In this document: positions 1-12,462 of the stretch, in pieces
Position numbering within the stretch: the first letter of the stretch is position 1
Layout of the letters: each line of letters starts with the position of its first letter
Position numbers and translations under genes: made by a program
The notes under the pieces: generated by a model
Databases searched by the model: none
Seen by the model: the letters and a program-made list of their open reading frames with translations, nothing else
What the model was told of the DNA's origin: nothing
NCBI GenBank assembly: GCA_038496445.1
Contig: JALMLS010000420.1
Location: 558,001 to 622,000, forward strand
Reading direction: 5' to 3'
DNA from: Trichosphaerium sp. ATCC 40318
Taxonomy: Eukaryota > Protista > Tubulinea
DNA: 64,000 bases

Positions 1-579
1 CAGTGCCCTAATTATCAATTAACATGGTCATGTGTGGAAATATTAAAAAGATCGTAAGACGAGGCTGAAAATACGTGTCCTACACGCTACAGTGTTTAAA
101 AAAGGTTTGTGTACGAACAAGAGATTAAATGTGTGGCTGTGCTCTTCGTCGCTTGTATGCGTTTGCGGTTGAGGGTACATAGGCAAAGATACACCTATTG
201 ACGTTTAGTTTTTTAGCAAATGAGTGGAATTGGCGCAGGTAAAGCGAAAACCGTTACCACAATAACTAATAAGGCTTTAAACGCACTGAGTAGTATTCCT
301 TGTTTAAAAATAACCGTTCTTCGAATCGATAGGCGCTGTACAGCGAAACGTTTCGTAATTGTAGGAAGTTCGCTGACTTTTTTTGGCAAATTTTTAATTA
401 AGTTGCAGTCGCTCTTTTGCTCTTTGTCAGCTGCTCTAAACAACTCATTGTAGTCACCAAGTTTACCGCTATTGGTTTAACTATTTAAATCAAAGTATTG
501 CTGAACTTCAATAAAAGTCTGCTTCATTTTAATAGTTTATTTTTACAACTGTCAAGTAATATTAACTACTTGTGTTGAC

Positions 580-3500
580 TTAGATTTGGGTGTATGACTC
601 TCTCTTTTTATTTCTGCAAAAGACACCGTATACTATACCAGTAACAATGAGTGCTATGACAATCACTGGAACAAAGATAACAACGTATATGAGTACACTT
701 CCAACTAAATAAAAAAACAGTCAGAAAAGTCATCATTAAAAAAAATGAGACATTGAGATGTATGATAGTACTTTAAACGAAAGACAAATTGTGAATTTAT
801 AAATCAAGTATAATACAACAGGATTACGAAATGTAAACGAATTTCAGCGCAAGGACAGGAGACAGTAGTTTTGTAATGAAAAACAAAAAAAAGAGGAAAA
901 AAACCTTTGTAATAAAAAACTATGACGCACAGCTACACTCTGTAGACCCTTCCTTTGATCCTTCAAACCACTTACATTCAGTACAAACTTTTATACTTTG
1001 AACGTCATGGGGTGTTTGGTATTGACCTAGAAAAAGAGACGTCACGACAAGAAAAACATGACAAGTTAGTGGTACCTGCAGCGCACGCTTTACATTCCAC
1101 ATTATCCATTGTGAAGTACCCAGGCTCACAAACTGTGCAATTGGTTTGTCCTGCAGATGATATGTACCATCTAGGACACATATCACAGCCTTGTTGTCCA
1201 CTACATCAAATCAACGAAAAAAAAAATAGTGTCGTATCTTACGTAATGTTTTGGTATGTTCCTGCATCGCAAGGATCGCACATGACTTGACCTTTGTTTT
1301 TTGCAAAGTAACCCATCAGACATGGTGTGCATTCCCTACCGTGTGGTGATGCTGTACCATAGTCACACTCAAAACATGACTGGTCCTGAGATGGACTAGC
1401 TGATCCATCAAAGCATGCTACATTGTTTTTCATTAAAGATGAAGAAAGGCTTTTCATTGAAAGTGTTTTAAAACAACGTACTTGGTTCAGGTTCAACCTT
1501 GAAGTCAAGCTTAGCAGTATTAGGCCAATTAATTTGGGTGTGATCCAAAGAACGTAAACCAAAAGGAGGTGCAAAGACTGTAATGTTGTCTTTAGTAGCA
1601 GTGTTGTTTTCAAAAGTACATTTATCGATAACAATCACAGAACTGCTGTCTTTTGTAAACAGGTGATTGATCAATATTGTAGAATAATAAGACGTTTCTA
1701 TTGGTTGATTAAAATCGACCCTGCGTCAAAATATTAGCGAGACGAATCAACAGTTTCAAAAAGAAAAAAAATTAGTCAACAAAAGTCCGAGAAAATAATT
1801 TCAGAAAACTTTAAAGCCACCAAGCTTGGTTTGTTTCTATTTGAATTTGGTTTTGTACGTACATATTATTTGCAAATGTTGAGTTAACAATAGATATATT
1901 GTAACGTTTTGGGCCGAACCGCGCTAATGTTAAGGAAGGCTATTTCAAAATAATTTAGCCAACTTCGAAAAAAAAAAATTGCTTCTTTTCTTAATGACAT
2001 ACCAAATCTGGACTACCCTTGTAGTTATTAAAAGAAGATCCATCAATGTCAACAATAGTTGACCAAACAAGATCTAAGAATGATTCCTCAAACGTGCTTG
2101 ACTTGATAGTTGCTAAATGGTGCATTGTAAGTAACTTGTTGTTGAAAGTAGTTTGGTACAAGTTCACGTACTTTTTTCACAGCTCGACCTAAAGCCAACA
2201 TTTGAACCTACAACTCCGCTCAAGTTCAGTTCATCACATCCATTAGTAGGATACACTTTTGAAAATGAGGCCATTAGCAAGAAAAGGGTTGTGAGAAAGA
2301 AGAAAGAACGTACTTAATACAAAATTAGAAATGTTAACATTTTCCATTGTTATCTCTTGTACTAGGAACTTTGGCAAATCAAGCTTATCATATATTGTAG
2401 AAGATATTGCTGTGAATGACTTCATAACAAGAAGGTTGATAGAAACTAAAATAAAAAGAGGTAAACGGTAAGCAGTACTACAACAAAATTGTTTTGGTTT
2501 TTTTTTTCTTCATTAGTTCACATACCTTCTCGTACAATACTGTTTTCGATTCTAACTGTGTCATTCAAATCAGCAGCACCATTAGGGCATATATTGAATG
2601 GGTAAGCATCCACACCTTTAAGGATATGTGGCATAGCAGTATCGAAACATAGATCCTGTTAAAAAGTTAGTTTTTCTGGATAAGTGGTTTTTTTTTTTTT
2701 CGGCGCAACGTACCAATCCTTTAGTTCCACGGAACTTTGGTTTTTGACCTCCTTTTGATTTTATGGTTATACTAGTAATGTTAAGGCGTGATAGATCAGC
2801 TTTTTGTTGAGTTGTGTAGTTGTAAACACCACCTAAAAAGCAAAATGTTATTGGATAGGCATTCACGAAAAAATATTTGGTTTGAACCAAAATGCAATGT
2901 GTGTCAAAAACAACGTACTAGAAGCGATGATGATTGCTTCTTTTTCAAAAGTCGAGTTTGGTTGTGAATTAAAACAATCACTGAGGTTGAAGAATGGGAA
3001 CTGTTCAGTGCCATTGTTCTATTTGAAGCAATTTCTTAATAAGCAAAAACAAAAAAGTAAACAACAAAAAATCAAAGAACACGTACTGTTGACAACCCAT
3101 TTGGTGATATGTGGCACCTTAACTCTTGAGGTCCAACACAAGCATGTTTTGAAGATGCTGTCATTAAATATTTTGTTCCCTGAGTGTCATCGACAGTAAA
3201 ATCGGCCCACTCTGGTAAGTATTAGTGTCAATCAAAAGTCAAAAGGAAATGATAACTGTAAGACAGACTTCTTTATAAAAATACATTACCTTGACCATTT
3301 TCATTGCAAGATATTGTCACTAGAGACGCGATTAATAGAAGCGATTAATAGAAGGAAACGGGTTTTTTTACAACTTACAATCAAAACTTTTGACTGAACT
3401 GCTGTAGCTCAATTTCACACCGTCACCGTCAGGAAGTCCTGTAACGCTTTGTGAAGCTTCAGTTCCAAGCATTTCCATCACATTTTGAGAATTATAATCG

Positions 3501-3866
3501 CCCCATGCTTGACAACCTGTGAAATACGTCTAAATAAGGTTATTAAGCGATTAAAGACAAAACTAAGTAAAACCAGCGGAAATGCGTACGTTTTTGCAAA
3601 GTACGCTTGATTGTTCACATATAGATACGCGGTATTGATATTTGCTGCTCTAAATGGCGATTAGATGAAGTTTTGTTTTATGAATTTACTTCACAACCAG
3701 GGCAAGCAATCTGCCCGTATCCGGTTACTAGTTTACCAACAAGCGCCGATAAATCATAAAGAGAGCCATCTGGTGCTGTTATGCTTGTGCAATTATTTGC
3801 ATACGCCTTTGAAACGCATAAGAAGGTCACAACAGCCACCAACAAGAGCTTGTTTTGTGAGAACAT
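580..3866 (-). CDS. Type I membrane protein: signal peptide, MRH/CIMR-like domain, beta-helix-like region, Cys-rich (GCC2/GCC3-like) repeats, TM helix, short tail (multi-exon)
   Basis: Joined exons: MFSQNKLLLVAVVTFLC; NNCTSITAPDGSLYDLSAL...YQYRVSICE...TISCNENGQ...YLMTASSKHAC; CTFENN; CxPCxxGYF/CDPCDAGTYQN repeats; TM VLIYVVIFVPVIVIALIV; tail RNKKRESYTQI*. Confidence 0.65.
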
Positions 3867-4362
3867 GTGAATTACTTATGTGACGCTGTGTTCGTTGGTT
3901 TTACAGATTTAAAATAACGGATTTAATGAAACATTCTTACGTTTTCAAGAAGCATTCAAGAATGTGTGAGCACTGAAGGAGCAAACGTCCGTCACTAGGA
4001 TAATGTGCTGACTCAGTTGGATTGTCACCTGTTCCAATTCTGTATTACTCTTTCATCGTATTCAGGTGCTGGATAAGAGTAATGAACAATCTCCATTAGA
4101 AGTTAAGGTGCAGAATTGCTAAGCGTTTCAGCGATGCAACAAAGGACTTGTTTCTTTTGACACACGCCGTTGTCTTAATCACAGACGTTCGTGGCACTCA
4201 TGTACCTAAAAAACACCAAACGGGTGTAGGACTAGTTTCTCAAGTGCAGGTTTGTTTCAAACATGAAAGCTAGATAAAATAATTCATAACACGCGTGCTA
4301 AAACCTTGAGCTTATTTATTTATTGAGCAAAAAGATATTAATGTTCGCTAAGCGGTCGCCCA

Positions 4363-6360
4363 TCACTTGCTTTCAGCAATAGCCATGAGTAAAAATCCTA
4401 AACAAAATAAACATTAGGCGTAAAAACAGCTGAAAAATTCAAGTTCTATCCTTTTTTTTTTGAACTAACCCATCACTCCATCATGGTAAACCTACGAGAT
4501 AATTAAGTTATAAAATACATAAAGATAAAAATAGAAATCGTACGTCACTATGATAATGTGCTGACACTTTCAGGCTATCACCTGTTCGAGTTGTTAATAA
4601 TGAGGTTCAATGGGTATTGGTTTTTTTTTCAAATGTGTCCACTTGCCTTTAGCTACTTTAACGGAATGATCTGTTATTGTCTCGGTTGATATAGCTACAA
4701 GGTATCCTTTTTCATTCCCTGGTTTCACTCCGGTTCCATAAGTAGGTAGAGCATTGTAAACGACATCATCATTCATTGTCAATGTAACTATAAAAAAATT
4801 AAAATCACAACAACCAGCCTTAATTTTCTTCACAGCAAACAAATTCTTTTCTACAATCACAGCAACACCCCATTATACGAGCGAATATTCAAAGCTCTTT
4901 TTGGCCATAAAAGTGGCGCTTGGATGTACGAAAGCTCGAAGAAGAGAAAAAAATCTGTTACTAAAACTCAAGGGTTATTTGCTCTTACCATTGATGCCAC
5001 CAATGTGCATGTGCCCATACATAAATACAACCTCTCCTTCAAAGTCAGAAATGAATGTATGTTCTTGTAGATGAATACAAGCGCTTGTTGGATCAGCACA
5101 TTGAGGCACTGTAAAAAACTGTTAAAACAGGGTTGAAGTTTAGCTTTTCGTTTCCTACCATTGTACTGGAATGTACATTTAGTTACGTCAAGTTCAACAA
5201 GTGTCAACGCTGTTAAATCACTTGTTTCTGGTTCCCATGTGACAACATACTTGAGGAAGTAATCCTTAAAAGTATCAGGTGCTCCAGAGGTTATAGGACA
5301 GCTAATATTCGTCTGCTCTATAAATAGTTCGTTAGGTAACAAAAAACAAAAAAAACAAATCAAACTAGTTTTCCTTTTCCAATCAAGCCGCCTTCAAATT
5401 TGTTATAGAAAATGGTGGCGTTACTGTGTCGCTTCGGTAACGCCACTATTGATGACGCACGTACAGATGTGAAAAAAATACGCGAAAAAAAAGAAAACAC
5501 GTGGTTTAAACGTCGTACGTGTTGTTGGGCAACATTGAATACCACCTCCTTGTGTAGGACCTCCAGGACAATGACATTCTATACAATGTTTAACATTCTC
5601 GACATAGTTTGTTCTAATAACATGGATAGAAGCAAGCCAAGTCTCTCCAGGTACTATTTTTACACCATAACCATCTGGGAAGTTAATAGGAGTGCCTAAA
5701 AGATTGTTATGAAGAAGATTGAAAAGCGAGATAAAAAACAAAGCTTTTTCAAGTTCGTTACCTCTTGTTTCGGCACCAACTCCAACAGCAAACCCGAGAG
5801 ATGAACATGGTCCAGCATTACCATTACTGTTTAAAAATACCCTATTAAAGATCCACAAATAAGTACAAAAATAAGGAGATGAGTTTTGGCTTTTTTTTCG
5901 CAAAGTTCATCAAACACGTGCCAGTGGTGTAAATAAACTTCTGAGAGCAAAACGCTTTGATTCTTTGAGTCTACAACTTGAGCATGAATACCCTAAAGTA
6001 TAACAGCTAAGAAAGCAGTCAAAGGAACTACAGGCGTACACGAATCCATCCTTTTTGGGGCATCTCCATTTTCGTTTGAAAAGGATCAGATTGGATAACC
6101 CAACCTTTGTATAGTATTAATAAAGTATTATTGAGCGTTGTAAATAAGCGTACCAGGTTTTAACGGAAGTGGCTTGGATAAATACGTCGAAGTGAAAACA
6201 TTTCCTTCAGAAGTGGTCTCCACGTGATGGAATGGTCCAAGAGGTACCTTGGCAAACACAACAGCTACGAACTAGTTAACACGTTTTATTGGCGTGTTTT
6301 ATTGGTTTATATGCTATGCTTACTGATAGCTAGAAGAAGAGCAACGAAGGAAGAAGCCAT
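4363..6360 (-). CDS. Secreted SURNod19 (stress up-regulated Nod19)-like protein (multi-exon)
   Basis: Signal peptide MASSFVALLLAIS; FTSTYLSKPLPLKPG, GVGAETRG, FPDGYG, WLASIHVIRT, CIECHC and PTYGTGVKPGNEKGYLVAIS resemble the SURNod19 family. Confidence 0.7.
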
Positions 6361-6574
6361 AATACGTCACTGACTTGTAAAATATGGCAAAACTAAAAAT
6401 AAAAAATAAATGGCTTAAGAAATGTGTAACACGTGTTCAGGTTACCCCGAATCGGCAAAATAACTAGTCAGTCACTAACAAGATATAAATTCATGTACTA
6501 GAAGTGGTTTGGTGGAGTTTTATTTGAGTGATTGTTGAATGAAAACTTTTGAAGTTGGAGGTTCAATTAGTTAA

Positions 6575-9500
6575 CTACCAAGCGCCAGAACCGTTCATGT
6601 CAATAAAATTCTTGAACATCTCCATACCATATTCAGTCTTTATTGATTCTGGATGGAACTGAACACCACATATCTTTAGAGTCTTATGTCTAATGCCCAT
6701 AATGACTTTAGATTCAGCAGTCTCAGAAGTAACAATAAAATCTTTAGGAACCTACAATAAAAACAATTAATCGAACAAATGTTTGCAAGGTTTTTTGTTT
6801 TTGCTGTTAGGACGGAAGGCGTGCCTTTTCTTTATTGGTTACCAAGGAGTGATACCGAATAACCTTTATATTCTGTGGGATATCTTTAAATACACCTTTC
6901 CCATCATGAGTGAGAGGTGATGTTTTACCATGGACAATCTCTCCACAGTGAACTACTTCGCCACCAAATATTTCAGTAATGGCTTGATGACCTGAAACAC
7001 AAAACATTACTATACTGCTCACGTGCTACCAAATCTACGCACCTAAACATACACCAAGTATTGGTATCTTCCCTTGGAATGCCTTAATAGCATCAATACC
7101 AACAGCACAATCCTTTGGCCAACCTAATCCTAGTGAGAACGATGAACTGGTTTTGTTTAGCAATTACCTGGTCCAGGTGAAATACAAAGTAAGTCTGGGT
7201 TGAGCGCTTGACACTCTTTGAGTGTAATCTCATCGTTTCTGTACACAAGAACTTCAAGTCCTAACTTGCATAGGTATTCATACAAGTTATACGTAAAAGA
7301 ATCATAGTTATCAATCATCAATAATCTCAATTTCTTCTCAGTCTATACAAAAAAATAGCAGTCAGAAAAAACCGTTTTGGAACTCTATTCACTTATGCTG
7401 ACTTTAAACATACTAACCACGCGTCATAGCATGTGATTGAAATACATACAAACAACTCATAATGTACCAGGCGAGTTATTAAGCCAGAATGAAAGAAATT
7501 GTGTTTTTTCAAAAAAAATTATCTCGGTGGGTACCTTTTCAACAGTTGTTTTCGTTGTTTGTTGTGGTAAGTCTGTTACGGGTATTGTTGAAAACATGGC
7601 ATTAAAATCACCAGCATCAGTACTTGGCTTTAACTTATACGTTGATTGTTTTACAGGATTGGCTTCTGTAACAGTAATAGCTTTTGCAAGAGCTTTCATC
7701 TTATTAATAGTTTCTTGATGCTCATCCTCTTCTAACGAATCATACACGATACCACCGCCAGCCTTTGAAAGAAATCATGTTAGCCAGCACGTGATTAATG
7801 AAAAAAGGCCATATATTTACTTGTAGGTACGCAACGCCATCTTTATATGTTATAGTTCTTATTGCAATGCATGTATCAATATCTTTGTTATAACTAAAGT
7901 AACCAACAGCACCTATTGTTTTCAGAAAAAAGTAAGAATATAAAACAAGCAACACAGGTCTACAATGTAAAATAAAGGCATACCTGCGTAAACATTCCTA
8001 CGGCACACTTCTAATTTTGCAATAAGTTGCATAGCACGGACTTTAGGTGATCCTAAAAGAAGTAAATATAAAAATAGACTACAAAAACAATCCGAAATAT
8101 AAATTAGGTAGTATCCTACCTGATACTGTGCCAGCAGGAAATATTGACTTGAACGCATCAAATTCTGTGCATTCAGGGCGTAATTTACCACTTATTTGAC
8201 TCACAATATGCATAACATGTGAATACCGTTCGACATGCATCAAAGAGTCAATAGATAATGATTCAGGTATACAAATACGGTTTACGTCATTGCGACCCTT
8301 AACAGAAGTTAGCAAATGCGTTAGACCATAAATAATTCACCAATGTAACATACCAAGTCCACAAGCATGATGTGTTCTGATGTTTCTTTAATATCACCAA
8401 GTAATTCTGCTTCAAGTGCTTTATCTTCTTCTTCATTTTTGCCTCTTTTACGAGTTCCAGCAATAGGATGGTTATAAATCTTTCCTACGATCCTGAATCA
8501 GCTATATTATCACTTTAATCAATGCGTACTATCCATCACTTTGACGAGAAGTTCAGGTGATGAGCCAACAAGGTAAAAATCGGCAAAGTCCATGTAGAAC
8601 ATATACCTACAAGAATTAAATATTTGGTCATTTTGTTTATCAACTAGCACTTACCGTGATGGATTGACATCGCGTAAATGGCGATATATATTTAGTGGAT
8701 GTACACCAGTCTTTCTAAGTAACCTTTGTGAAGGCACTGCTTGCGTAATATCACCTTTTTAAAAATGTAAGAAGACAGACACATTGAACGACTTTTGTGT
8801 GTTCCATGTGCAAAAAGTAACATACCATCAACAATGCGCTCTTTAAGTAATCGGACATACTCCATATACTTCTCCTTTCCAATATTTGATACTGCATCAC
8901 AACCTTTCAAGTCACCATCTTGAGGGAAAGGCACATTCTCTTATAAAAAGTTAATTGTAACTTCACGTGAACGTCAAGAAAATTTTCAGAATAAAAACAA
9001 CATTCCAAGGAAAAGTTTTTCTCATTGTGGAAAGTGACACGTGTTAGGTAGAGAAAGTTCCCGGATACAAAAAAAAGCACTATGAGATGAAAAATTGTTT
9101 GTGAAATAGAATGCTCTTGGTAAACTCTTCAGTGATTGTTTTACCTCCTAATCGAGCTTTTAACTGATTTATACGATCCTCGCAAAGCGTATAATTCTTT
9201 TCTCTATCACCATGTAATGCACATAATGCCACAATCTTTATAATTTTCTTTTCGTAATTCAAGTAAACAAAATTGTTCATAAACAATAATAAAGACTCCG
9301 GCATATTCAATTCATCAGGCTGTTGAGCTGTTTCATTAACTCTACAATAAAAATAAAAATGTGAAAATCTATAACAGTGTTTCTCCAAGATAATTAGAGA
9401 CATAAAAAGCGCAGAAAGAGCGAAAAATTGATGAGAAAAGGTGATTTCAAAACAACCAAAAAAAAAAAAGCGTGAACAAAATGTCAGTTGTACATACTTT

Positions 9501-10079
9501 GGTTCAAAGTATCTAACACAATCATATGACATGTATCCAACAGCTGCGCCATTAAGAATAGGTGGTTTGAGTTCGAATTTCTTTGGTACAGTACAATTTT
9601 TAATTTCCTATTTTGTTGTTTGTTTTGAGGGTATTTCAGTACAGTTCAACGCGAATACGTACTCTTTGTAAGTGAGGAACAGGGTCACCTTTAAAATCTT
9701 CATTTGGTCCTGTTCGTAACTGTTTACATGGCTCTACGAGCATTATTACGCGTCTATGAGTAGTATTGCCTTACCTGTTCCAATTACAGCCTCAGCAAGT
9801 TGGGTTGTGTTCTCTTCATACGAAAATTCCATCAAGAAAGAATTACTCCCACGAGACACGCTCAAATACGCTTTTTCGACCTTATTTATGTTAGTACATG
9901 ACAAACTGCTGTTTTACTTACAGTCATAGTACCCAGAGGTATCTCAATGCTTATTGGCACTACATAGGGTTAAAAAACTTTCTTGACATCAGTACACGCC
10001 ACAGCGTACCTAAAGTTTCTGGACCGTCATAGTTTATAACGTCTTCGCGTCGAGGACTAAATTGGATTGGCTCTGCCAT
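6575..10079 (-). CDS. trpEG: Bifunctional anthranilate synthase: component I (TrpE/Trp2-like) fused to C-terminal glutamine amidotransferase (TrpG-like)
   Basis: [79 protein letters not shown]; then [39 protein letters not shown]; halves joined in frame by a phase-0 intron at about 7343-7533. Confidence 0.92.
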
Positions 10080-10168
10080 TCTGTAAGCGCTTTTAAAAAG
10101 AAAGATGGCCAATGAAACTTAACCTTTTTTTTACGGTTAAGCGTTTTGTGCTATCTCTTAGAACTACG

Positions 10169-10840
10169 ATGGCAAAAGCAGCGAGCCAAGTATTACCTCT
10201 AGGTAGCGTAAATTGAGTAAATAACCGCCAATAACCAAAAAACAGAGCTTGTTGATAAATGTATTGGCTCACGCATCTGGGTGGTTATGAAGGGTGACAA
10301 AGAACTTGTTGGAACACTTCTTGGCTTTGATGATTATGTCAGTATCCTAATTTTATGTATTTCAACGTTTTTATGATCCTTAACAAGCGTATACATGGTT
10401 CTGGAGAATGTAGATGAATTGTAAACGATAACATTATTTGTCGCGTAACTAACACAGCCCAGCGAGACAGCAGAAGATGGTACAATTACTGAGACGCACT
10501 TGGACCAAATTCTACTCAATGGCAACAACATATGCTTAGTACGTCTCAATAATCTATCCATCCCGTATCCACTTCATTTTACTAACACATCAATAGCTAA
10601 TTCCTGGCGGAGAGTATCCCACCAAATTTTACAAAAAAACATTCAAAAAAAACAATTTCTCTTTTTCATATTTTTGTTCAAAGCATTTTCAGCACTACAT
10701 GATCCAGAGGTCCAGTAAAGAACGAAAAGCAACGACAAAAGAAGCTCGCTCAACAACGTGCAGCAGCACAACAACAAGCAGCACAGCCACCACAAGGACG
10801 ACAAATCCCAGGAAGCCAACCAGCACCAATGGAACAATGA
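10169..10840 (+). CDS. LSM5: U6 snRNA-associated Sm-like protein LSm5 with a Gln/Ala-rich C-terminal extension
   Basis: Joined exons give [43 protein letters not shown]...[22 protein letters not shown]. Confidence 0.93.
10342..10392 (+). other. Probable U12-type (minor) intron with GT-AT termini
   Basis: 5' end GTATCCT; branch site TCCTTAAC at 10377-10384; only splicing after ...GCGTAT restores the conserved DDYVNMVLE. Confidence 0.8.
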
Positions 10841-10990
10841 CTCTACCAAAGAAAAAAATGTAAAATCCTTTTTTTTGACAATACCTCTTCTTGTTTATTA
10901 CTACCGCCTTTTTTTTTTGAAGTGCCAACAAGTGTCAAAATGTACAATTGACTCGTGAAAGTAATTATTTCCTTTTTTGTTCCAGGGGCT

Positions 10991-11882
10991 TTATTGTTGC
11001 TCTAAGTGAACAATGTATTTTGCAAGTGGCTTCAAGTCAGTGAGATGGCTAGTTTCTGTGTTTGGTTTAAGATTTAGCGTTGGTTTCCACATATCGCCTT
11101 CTAGTTTCTCCCAACCAGCTGCTGAGCAATCTGTAATGTGTTAGACGCACGTACGGATATTTTAAAGTTTTTGTAACGGAGAGTCTTTGATTTCTTTTTT
11201 TTCTGTACGCACATTTGCTAACCTCTGCAGGTGCTAAACCAAGGTATACGGAGGCTTCTTTGGTGCTAATAGTGCTGAATCCTTTGCCAAGTAGTTTGCA
11301 AACGCTTTCACGGAACACAGCTTAAAAAAACATGTTAGCACGAGTGTTTGGCTTTGTTGGTATCAAGCAGTTAAAATTAACCGTTTTCAGTTGTTTGGTT
11401 AATTTTTTGTTTTGATTTTAAGAGAACGTACTGTCTCGTAGATGAGCGCAGCAAACGTCTTCAATTTTAGACCCTTTAAAAGCAGCCATAGCAGTATACA
11501 CTTTAGCGTAGTCGCGTTGCCACATGGCTTTACCAATCTCCCAAGCGGCGCAAATAGATGTGCCAGGAGCTTTTGAGTCCTTAGGGGCGCGTTTCCACAC
11601 AAATCGAGCGTTCTCTCTATCAACAACGTTAGCGTTAAATACGTAGGGATGTTTAATACGTACAATTCGCCTTGTAGGAGATTGGCGAGTATTAGAACTG
11701 TGTAATAAGGAGAAGCTTCGTCTTTTTCGTTACAAGCCTGCAGTCCAATTAGGTGTTAATAATAGCTAACAGCAAGTTATTAGTACGTCTAACTCATAAT
11801 TTTCAACAGTTGCGCTGAGGGCGCTCCAGTTCTTGCCAGCTACAAGAGGTTGTATTTGGTGATCAATTGGACCCGTTGCCAT
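10991..11882 (-). CDS. CSN8: COP9 signalosome subunit 8 (PCI domain)
   Basis: RARFVWKRAP, AAWEIGKAMWQRDYAKVY, FRESVCKLLGKGFSTISTKEASVYLGL, C-terminal LAKYIVHLEQQ*. Confidence 0.82.
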
Positions 11883-12055
11883 TGTGTTTTATGTGCTTTT
11901 ACAACTGCACTGGACTTAAATGAACTTTTTTTTTTAATCTTTTTGTTTTATACATGTTTTTTGGCGTATTGACTGTTTCTTTCCGTAGTGTTTGTATTGC
12001 AATCGTGCCACAGCCAAATTGTCATAATTTTCTTTTTTTTTGCTTCTTTTTTACT

Positions 12056-12349
12056 CTAGAAACTTTGTAGGTCTCTCACAAGCTCTTTACGGTCCATTAC
12101 AGTGTCGTGCGTTATTTTTACAGTGTTTAGGTATCGTTGTGCGCAGTCATACAAACAATTTCTGTTTTGAAGCGGAACAGTGCCGTATTCGACAATAGAA
12201 TCAATACCACACGTATTACCGCATAGTCTGGTGAGTTCAACTACTTCTCCATAAATCATCATCTGGTGGCGCAATAACCCCATGCTTTTATGTAATTGCT
12301 GTTGTTCTAAAGGAGACAGGTTTATAAAATTCTTCCCAAAGTCGTTCAT
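12056..12349 (-). CDS. Small Tim (Tim10/DDP family)-like twin CX3C protein
   Basis: Single exon of about 97 aa with LTRLCGNTC...NCLYDCAQRYLNT. Confidence 0.6.
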   Translation of the reverse strand: MNDFGKNFINLSPLEQQQLHKSMGLLRHQMMIYGEVVELTRLCGNTCGIDSIVEYGTVPLQNRNCLYDCAQRYLNTVKITHDTVMDRKELVRDLQSF

Positions 12350-12462
12350 TGCTGCGGTGAAGAAAACAGGATAAAAGGAAAACAAAGTTAAGTTCTGATC
12401 TCGTTATTTTTTTTTCTTGGTTTGCAACCGCTACTATCTTCACGTGGTTTATTTACATGGAA

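Noticed and set aside
213-453. Short overlapping ORFs at the window start
   Set aside because: No supportable product or gene model
6575-10079. ADC synthase (PabAB) or PhzE instead of anthranilate synthase
   Set aside because: Domain order and motifs (NPSx[23 protein letters not shown]) fit TrpE/Trp2 better; not formally excluded without assay
10643-10958. Hydrophobic or Cys-rich short ORFs
   Set aside because: They are shadows of the Gln/Ala-rich last exon of LSm5
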